A DNA stretch of 62,876 nt, filler included, from Corallochytrium limacisporum Hawaii (lineage: Eukaryota > Protista > Pluriformea), in NCBI GenBank assembly GCA_002811645.1. It is 3 parts of 3 records of this genome, joined end to end, with 100 filler letters (N's around TTAATTAATTAA, not from the genome) between each part and the next. Parts side by side here need not be neighbours in the genome. Positions count along the whole stretch, not along the records: positions 42,871 to 62,876 come from PDIP01000160.1; 2 more parts are not named here. One strand, 5' to 3'. The stretch's first letter is position 1, and each line of letters begins with the position of its first letter. Below the pieces are notes generated by a model that saw only the letters and a list, made by a program, of their open reading frames with translations, had not been told where the DNA came from and did no database searches. Positions 55,875 through 62,876 of the stretch are shown here, one piece after another. The translations under genes were made by a program, and so were the position numbers.

Positions 55875-57541
55875 TTTACCAGAACAGTTAAGAAATAGTA
55901 TCGTGCAGAACTTTCTGCAGGGTCATAGTAGCAAACAATGTAACCCTCTGTACATTCCTGATCACTCCTTACAAGTACCCAAATGCATCCTCAGAAGTAA
56001 TCCCGTTCGGCCTTCTGACACCAAAACAGGATGTCACTGCCGATTCCCAAAGAATAATTGCTGTGCTCCTTTGTTGACACTTCCCGCATCTCATCATCCC
56101 TAGATGACACAGAAATTTGCAAAGGATATCGCGCAGACCCGCCGCCACAGCGGCGACCACGGGGAAGGGGCACACCAAGGAAAAACTCTTGCGAAAATTG
56201 TGGGTGGGTGTAGTGTGCCAGTGTGTGTGTTAGTGTGTGGTCGTGGTGGTGATAATATCGTAACGCAACACTTGAACAAGAAAAATATGGGTGCAAAAGA
56301 AATAACAACAATACCCACGGCACAACCAAATCCAACCGCCCACCCACCTACCTCCCTCCCCCCCTCCCCCGGGGCGTTTACCCCTTATGTCCAAGAACCC
56401 GGGTTTTTAACATTTTTGTTGTGACCGCTACTAGATCCTGATGTAACAGGGCCCGTGGCTCAGTACGTTCAGACCCGTACGGACTTGTGTGTGCCGCTCC
56501 GGTTTTTCTGGGCCGCTCTCTCCACTGTCTCCGTTGGACCACTCCAAGGCGCCCTCTCTCTCTCTGTCTCATCTCTGCTTCTCAGGTTTGGGTACGGACG
56601 AGGTTGCAACTTCCGGAACGGATGAAAGGGATACGGCCATTGGAGGGAGGCCCGCTCAGGCGCGCTCCCCTCAAACACCCAAAGGACCAAGAACCCCTTT
56701 CGTCGTTCGACCACCGCCTTTCACGGGACACGATGACTTAGCAGCAACCTTAGCCTCAACCGAGTGGTGGTGGTGTGTGTACTTGAATTTCAGCGAGGGT
56801 ATTTTTGTTAGGGGGAGGGGGGGGAGGGGAGGCCTTTCGTTGCGCTGTTCTCACCACCCCAACCCACCTCACCTCCAAGGCTTTTCTCGTGTTTGTGTGA
56901 GTTTTTGTGGTATACTGGGTTGGACAGGGCAAAACAATGGGGAATTGTGTTTAATAACAAATAGACACAATTTTCGTGGCAAGGGACCAGGAAAATAAAA
57001 AATAGAACCCCCCTCTAATTGGCGGGAGTGTCACCTTTCCAATCGGCAGAAAATAGACTCCCGTTCGTTCATCATCTTCGGTGATTCTCATTCTGTGGGA
57101 GTGGCGGATCGCCTGGGGTTAGGAAGGGAAAGGCAGGAGATGCGGGTGCGGCGGGCTATTGGGAGGAACGGCTGGTTTCTCAAGTGGATGATGAGGGTGA
57201 AACACAACGATGTGATGAGCATGTTGAGGATGAAAGGGTCGTTGAAGGTTTGCTGCTGATGACTGATGTTCTCTGCTGTGGTAGGAATGCGGGCAAGGTT
57301 TTACATTGACTAGGGATTTGTGCTAAAGTGGTAATGTGTATTGAATGTGAACGACGAAACCAATGACGGATGCTAACGCAAGGATAAGTGTGATAGTGTT
57401 CAGTTGATTCTGTGCAAATGGGGTCTTTTCTGCATAGTTGCTCCCGTCAAAATTAGTTGAAGCCCCAAAGGTTGTGAAACTATGTGCTCTGTGTGCTCTT
57501 GTGAATTTTTGAATGTGCAAAGTGACATGGAATCTAGAATC

Positions 57542-57724
57542 TTACCAGCGAGGTCCTGGAGGAGGAGGACCCCAGAACAGGGGTCTTAAGATTCCACCCC
57601 GGGGTGGACCGTAAGGACGTGGACCGGGGCCCCAGCCAGGGCGACCGCCCCAACCGGGACCAAAACCGGGACCGCGAGGACCGTGACCATGAAATCCGCC
57701 GTGAGGACCGTGACCGTGAGGCAT
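57542..57724 (-). CDS. Small Gly/Pro/His/Arg-rich protein (60 aa)
   Basis: Strong codon periodicity, AAAATG start after an A-rich leader, GTATATAAG upstream at 57871-57879. Confidence 0.6.
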   Translation of the reverse strand: MPHGHGPHGGFHGHGPRGPGFGPGWGGRPGWGPGPRPYGPPRGGILRPLFWGPPPPGPRW

Positions 57725-60267
57725 TTTGTGTTCTTGGCTTTGTTGTTACTTTTGTTTCGACTGAAGAGATAGATACGTAGAGTGTAGATACGTAGGGTGT
57801 AATATCCTCTGACGTTTAGAGTTGTTTGAAGGCACACGCATCACTGCAATGGACACCAGATCTGGTGAGCCTTATATACCCGGATCGTCCATAGTTCCGT
57901 ATGCCCCGGCGGTCGCAAATGTCCACTGGCACCGTCTCTCAAATGAACATGTCATAGACTCGTGTGCAATATGTGCCAACTGAACAGGACTCATTGCCTC
58001 CACGAACCGAGACAACAGCATTGAAGTCGTGTACGTGCTTCACTTATGCATCAGTCATACATCGAGAGTCTCATCGGTGTCCAATGTCGAGACTTGTGAG
58101 GTGGTGTTTGGATCCGGTCCACATTCACTAGCGTATTCCCGTGATAAAGGCCCCCCCCCCGCTTGCTTTCCCCCCTTCCAATTTTGGTTCGTATAGGATA
58201 CCTGTCACTGTTCCCTCCCTTTTCATTGTTTTTCTACGGGGCAGTGGATTTGTCCCATCTTGGGATGGGAAGTGAAGGCTACTATCCGTAAATAATTGAC
58301 GATCCTGTACCATGGGACACCAAGATACGGGCTAAGGAATGCAAAGGGCCAAGAGGATGCGGGGCCGATCGGTTAGATGCGGAATGATTACAGCACAGCA
58401 TAAGGGCCCTGCGAAACAGCAACAGCCAAGGGAGAGACATATTGGAGTTTGTTTCGTGTCATAGCAGCGGGGAGGTAATCGAAAACCCTGTTGTGTCGAT
58501 TGGTTGTCCTTGCCTTGCGCACTCAGTGTTCACTGAAGATATCATCACAACTCATCATCAACTGTGCGCTGTGTCCTTCTTTTTCAAAAGGCGATTTTGC
58601 CCGCACACATTTGTGCGTACATACAGAGTGGCAGGTGTCTGCAAACGTACAACTCTTTAAAGAGACATCCACATCCACGATCTTATCTCAGACTGTACAT
58701 GTATAAGTTTGGCTTGGTAGCACTGGATGTGCCATGCCTTTCCGCTGATATCCAAGTGTGCAGTGTTGTTGTGCAGTTGGTATGTGTTTCTTGTGCAGGA
58801 TGGGAAACTTGCCTTTTCAAAACCAGGCAGCTCGAGCCAGCCCAACGGACAGTTGGCAGTAAGAAATTGAGAAGAAAATTCAGGTGACGGAATCCAATTT
58901 AGAGGGGACACCCGAGGAGGAGGGTGGCAAAAAATACAGACCCCTGTGCATTTTTTTCTCTTTTCCCGAGTATACTGTGCGTATGGGATTTAAGAGGGCA
59001 CCCAGAGCACAGTGGGAGGGTGTTTTGTCATTTCGTGCGCGAGGCTCTGGCGGGGAAGAAAATTTTCCACTCCCAGCGGGAGTGGTGATATCAATGTGTC
59101 CAATGTCCATTGTACTGAACTGATGCGTGTCGACGGCGCATAGGTACACTACGCTGAGTTTGTCAGTGCTTGAGCATACTGCATCACGTCCCTCGGGAAG
59201 AGAGCTCCTCCGGTGCACTATGTCACTAGTTGCTGCGAATGCTGCTGGACAGTACACCGGCTGTAAGCTCTGGCGAAGGCGTCAGCCATGGAAGAGGAGA
59301 GCTGACGACGACGACCGTCGTACATTCCTGCCTAACCTCTGGGGATTGGAGATAGCAAGAGCACGCACCAGCTGCTTCCTCAACCTTCCAATTTCGGAAG
59401 GTTGCGTCTTTCCAGGTTTAGTTCCATTTCTTTGATCCGGTTCCATGCATAGACGACGGGTCAAAGGGGGGGGGGGGGCGAGGGAAGTCCCTGGAGACCG
59501 GGACCCGAGATCTCTCTCTTCGCCCCCTCGATCTCTTTGGAGTCTATTTATTTTCTGTCCAAACTGTTTCGTTTCTTGTTTGAAATCACAGAGAATCAAT
59601 TGTGCTGCAGATTTTCAGCTGACGACGAAGGCCCCCCCCCCCGGGGGGGGAGTAGGGTTTCCCGTGGACTAGAGCACCAACCTGCTCCGCCCTGTCTATG
59701 TGTACGGCCCTCACGCGTTTGGGCCCAAAGCCACTGGCCTCTCTTTCTCTCGTTTCTTTTCGGTCGCGATCTTGCGGTCTATGTTCCTCTCCAGCCACGC
59801 CATTATTTTACTATAGGAAATGTACCAGCAGATTCCGAGGTAGAGGCAAATTTTGCGCGGGAAAGATTTGAAGCCAGGCAGCCAACCACCAAGCGAGGTC
59901 TGGGGATTTGGGGTGGGCGAAGGGGGGGGGCCTGTCTCTTTGCTCGTTGCACGTAAGAACACCCCATCGGCCTGGCCTTGCGAGTCATTGGGGGGCGCGG
60001 ATGCGATGTTGAGCGGACCGCAGCGACTTGTACCCAACGAAAGATACGTATGTAATGTATGTAATTATCCTCAAGATATTAGTAGAATTCTATGCTCTCG
60101 ATTCGCAGGTATCTGTTGGCTGCGACCGCTTACCAAATACTTAACGGATCAGTCCTTTGAGGTGCACGGGTTCTCGGGACGCAAGAGTCGTTGAAAGTAA
60201 GTTCGTAGTTTATTCATATTATGCGGTGAGCTAGCAGGCGCCGAGTCCCGGTGGTGACCAAATAGTC

Positions 60268-62631
60268 ATGGTCGAAACTACACGCAAACGCAGCGGTGAA
60301 GCCAAGCTCGCGGGGCCAAGAAAGAAAGCAGCTAAAGAGCCTCCGGTCCCAGTCAAGGTTATCGTACGCGTGCGGCCGCTGAAAGAGGATACCTCGGAAT
60401 CTTCAGTGGTCCAGACCGATTTTCGAATTGAGACCAAGGAGGTTGTGTCAAAAAATACTAAACCAGAGACAAATGATGGCGAAAGTGTTAAGACAACTGT
60501 CAAGAAGACCGCGATTGCCGGAAAATCTGTCACGACCATGAACCACAAGAACAAAAATGAGTCGCTAATGTTTTCATTTGACGCTGTCTATGGGCCTGGA
60601 TGCATTAATCGTGACATTTTTAACGAATGTAGTCCTACAATTTTGAAGAGGCTATTCCACGGTCAGAACGCATCTATATTTGCCTATGGCCCTACGGGAT
60701 CTGGCAAGACCCACACCATGGCCGGTACCAAGAAAGATCCAGGCGTTATCAAATTAGCGCTTCGAGGAATTTTCCGACACCTCAAGAAATACAGTAAGGG
60801 GGGTGAAAATGAAACAAGCAATGGAGGAGACAGTGCCGCTACTGTTGAAGAGCTGGAGGCGAGACTAAATGTCTCCTACCTTGAGATCTACCAGGAAAAG
60901 ATTTACGATCTGCTAAATCTTAAAAACAAGGACCTGCCCATCCGTCAGACTCCCGAGGGGAAAATATTTATTGCAGGTCTGTCAGAATCTGAGATCAAGA
61001 ACTATGATGATTTTGAAAACATTTACAGTCGGGGCCTGAACAATCGTAGGACGGCAGAAACACGACTGAATTCGACATCAAGTCGCAGCCACGCTGTGTT
61101 GTTGCTCCGTATCAGTGTGAAAAGAACAGATCCTGCGACTAAAGTAGAAACACTCCAGCATGGCAAACTGTATCTGATTGATCTTGCGGGTAGTGAGGAC
61201 AACCGGAGAACCAACAACACAGGAACACGTATGACAGAGAGTGCAGCGATTAATACCTCCTTGTTTACACTCAACAAGGTGGTCGATGCCTTGAACAGCA
61301 AGGCAAGTCGTATTCCCTACAGGGAGAGCAAATTGACTCGACTGCTACAAGACTCGTTGGGAGGGTCTGCACAGGCTTGTATGATTTGCAACATCAGCCC
61401 TGAAAGCTCCTACTTGCTGGATACTGCATCAGCACTCGCCTTTGCAAGCAAAAGTAGAACCATTTCAAGCACTCCCTTTACAGTGGAAACGACGCGCAGA
61501 GTACCTGACCCGGGACAGGAACGTGTGCGCCAGCGACGAGAACGCCTCTTGGGATTGACATCCACTACAAAGCCTCAGCAAGTTACTTCCACAACAGGTG
61601 CTGCACAGGCAACCAAGGATCCGAGGAATGTTCCGGGACCCGAAAACTCTGAGCAGTCCGCGACTGGCCCTTCGAAAAGAGATACAACCGTTGCCAAAAC
61701 TGTTGAACCGATACAACCAGCGCCAACGAGGGCAATCCTTACCGATGACGAACAACGGTCCCAAAAAGCTCGACGCATTTTCCGTCGACTTGAGAACTTG
61801 GAGGATGCCCGCCCATTGTCCGAGCAGAAGGATGTTGTGTCAAAGTCCACTGGAGACAGCACAGTTAAGACAGATTGTACCGACATTGCAACTCCCGCTA
61901 CTAGAGTGGTGGTATCCCGGATGCATCTCAAGAAAGCAAACAAATGTAAGGAACACGGTGATGAGGAAGGATACCAACTAAACATGCAACGAGCCATTGC
62001 ATTCTGTGATGATGCGGAAGTGAAGAACAAGTTGGCAAGTCATCTGCGACAGAAGGATCTCCAGCTTGCCAGTGTCATGAACGTCTTTGACTTTATCACC
62101 CGCAAGGCTTCATCTACTCAAGACAAAGCTTCGCTTGCACAAGACAAGGGTTGGGATGGAGAATCGCGACCCACAGCGCACGGTGAGATACGAGTCATTG
62201 ACGACGACGAAGAGTTCTTCGAGGCAGCGAATGCTCGCATGAATGATCTCGAAGATCAGACATGGGAGCCACCTGCCATGGCTGTGACAATCGAGGAAAC
62301 GGACACTTCACAGAAGACAAAGGGGAAAATGACGAAGACATCCAAATCCAAGAAGGATGAGAACGTGTTGTCGTCCCTTGATACCATCAGTATCGATCCT
62401 GCCATAAAGTCAAAGATTGTCCAACAGCTGCTGGACACACTAAACAACGGTGATCTCGGTGCTCTGTTGAGCATGAAATCTATTGGTGTCGGCCGTGCTC
62501 AGAAGATCCTAGCTTATCGAGATAAATCACTGACCTTCCACTCATTGGAAGACTTGAAGGATTGCGGATTCCGGCCCAATTTTATCAAACAATTTGTCCG
62601 TGACAATATGGGGCAGCTGCTTGATGTGTGA
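60268..62631 (+). CDS. KIF22: Kinesin-10 family chromokinesin (KIF22/Kid-like) with C-terminal helix-hairpin-helix
   Basis: Motifs VRVRP, GPTGSGKT, NSTSSRSH, LIDLAGSEDNRRT, IPYRESKLTRLL; C-terminal LNNG..L..MKSIGVGRAQKI. Confidence 0.9.
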   Translation: MVETTRKRSGEAKLAGPRKKAAKEPPVPVKVIVRVRPLKEDTSESSVVQTDFRIETKEVVSKNTKPETNDGESVKTTVKKTAIAGKSVTTMNHKNKNESLMFSFDAVYGPGCINRDIFNECSPTILKRLFHGQNASIFAYGPTGSGKTHTMAGTKKDPGVIKLALRGIFRHLKKYSKGGENETSNGGDSAATVEELEARLNVSYLEIYQEKIYDLLNLKNKDLPIRQTPEGKIFIAGLSESEIKNYDDFENIYSRGLNNRRTAETRLNSTSSRSHAVLLLRISVKRTDPATKVETLQHGKLYLIDLAGSEDNRRTNNTGTRMTESAAINTSLFTLNKVVDALNSKASRIPYRESKLTRLLQDSLGGSAQACMICNISPESSYLLDTASALAFASKSRTISSTPFTVETTRRVPDPGQERVRQRRERLLGLTSTTKPQQVTSTTGAAQATKDPRNVPGPENSEQSATGPSKRDTTVAKTVEPIQPAPTRAILTDDEQRSQKARRIFRRLENLEDARPLSEQKDVVSKSTGDSTVKTDCTDIATPATRVVVSRMHLKKANKCKEHGDEEGYQLNMQRAIAFCDDAEVKNKLASHLRQKDLQLASVMNVFDFITRKASSTQDKASLAQDKGWDGESRPTAHGEIRVIDDDEEFFEAANARMNDLEDQTWEPPAMAVTIEETDTSQKTKGKMTKTSKSKKDENVLSSLDTISIDPAIKSKIVQQLLDTLNNGDLGALLSMKSIGVGRAQKILAYRDKSLTFHSLEDLKDCGFRPNFIKQFVRDNMGQLLDV

Positions 62632-62770
62632 AAGGATGCGATGCTTTCTCACAGTTCAAAATAGCAGAGAACTATAGATACACGCTTATATCCTGTTCCT
62701 AACTCCACGGCTGTCCTTCATGGATCTCGGCTCTTACAGTTCATCAGCGAGAGTGAATCGAATTAACCCA

Positions 62771-62876
62771 CCCCCCCCCCCCCGGGGGGGGGGGGTGGCC
62801 CAGCAAAGGCCCCCCCGGTGAACAGTACTTAGCGCACCGGACAACGCGACCAATCAACCGCAGTTGCAGCCGTTGC
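62771..62876 (+). repeat. Terminal direct repeat, copy 2 (C13G12 palindrome plus 81 nt)
   Basis: Matches the contig start at 42871-42970. Confidence 0.95.

Noticed and set aside
59065-59440. Hairpin-rich stretch with GTCCCTCGGGAAG reminiscent of RNase P RNA
   Set aside because: The P4 CR-I/CR-V pairing motifs are not present; cannot support an ncRNA call without a covariance-model search

Overview
Eukaryotic nuclear DNA made of three contigs (1-20892, 20993-42770, 42871-62876) joined by artificial 100-nt N44-TTAATTAATTAA-N44 spacers, so adjacency across the spacers is not biological. All conserved coding regions read as uninterrupted ORFs. Gene content (EFA6/PSD-type GEF, AKTIP, SMIM12, KIF22, YxN-rich kinase tail) suggests a unicellular opisthokont or holozoan with a very intron-poor genome; this is inference. 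Contig 1 carries two leucine-catabolism enzymes side by side, an SLC17-type MFS transporter, a C1 plus Ser/Thr kinase with an adaptor-like tail, a Sec7-PH GEF and AKTIP. Contig 2 is an accessory island of secreted proteins: a decayed Tc1/mariner element with complex repeats, three paralogous aerolysin/ETX-MTX2-like beta-pore-forming toxin genes (one intact, two with single frameshifts), small secreted proteins including a prohormone-like precursor with repeated RRQ sites, and a shared TATA-like motif about 80 nt upstream of the ATG. Contig 3 is a dense housekeeping block (mS38, fRMsr, SMIM12, Sec61alpha, mS41/FYV4, RRM protein, LRR-PP2C, GPI, KIF22). Its first and last ~100 nt are the same sequence, so it closes into a ~19.9-kb circle or represents a collapsed tandem unit. 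All protein calls come from motif recognition, not database searches.
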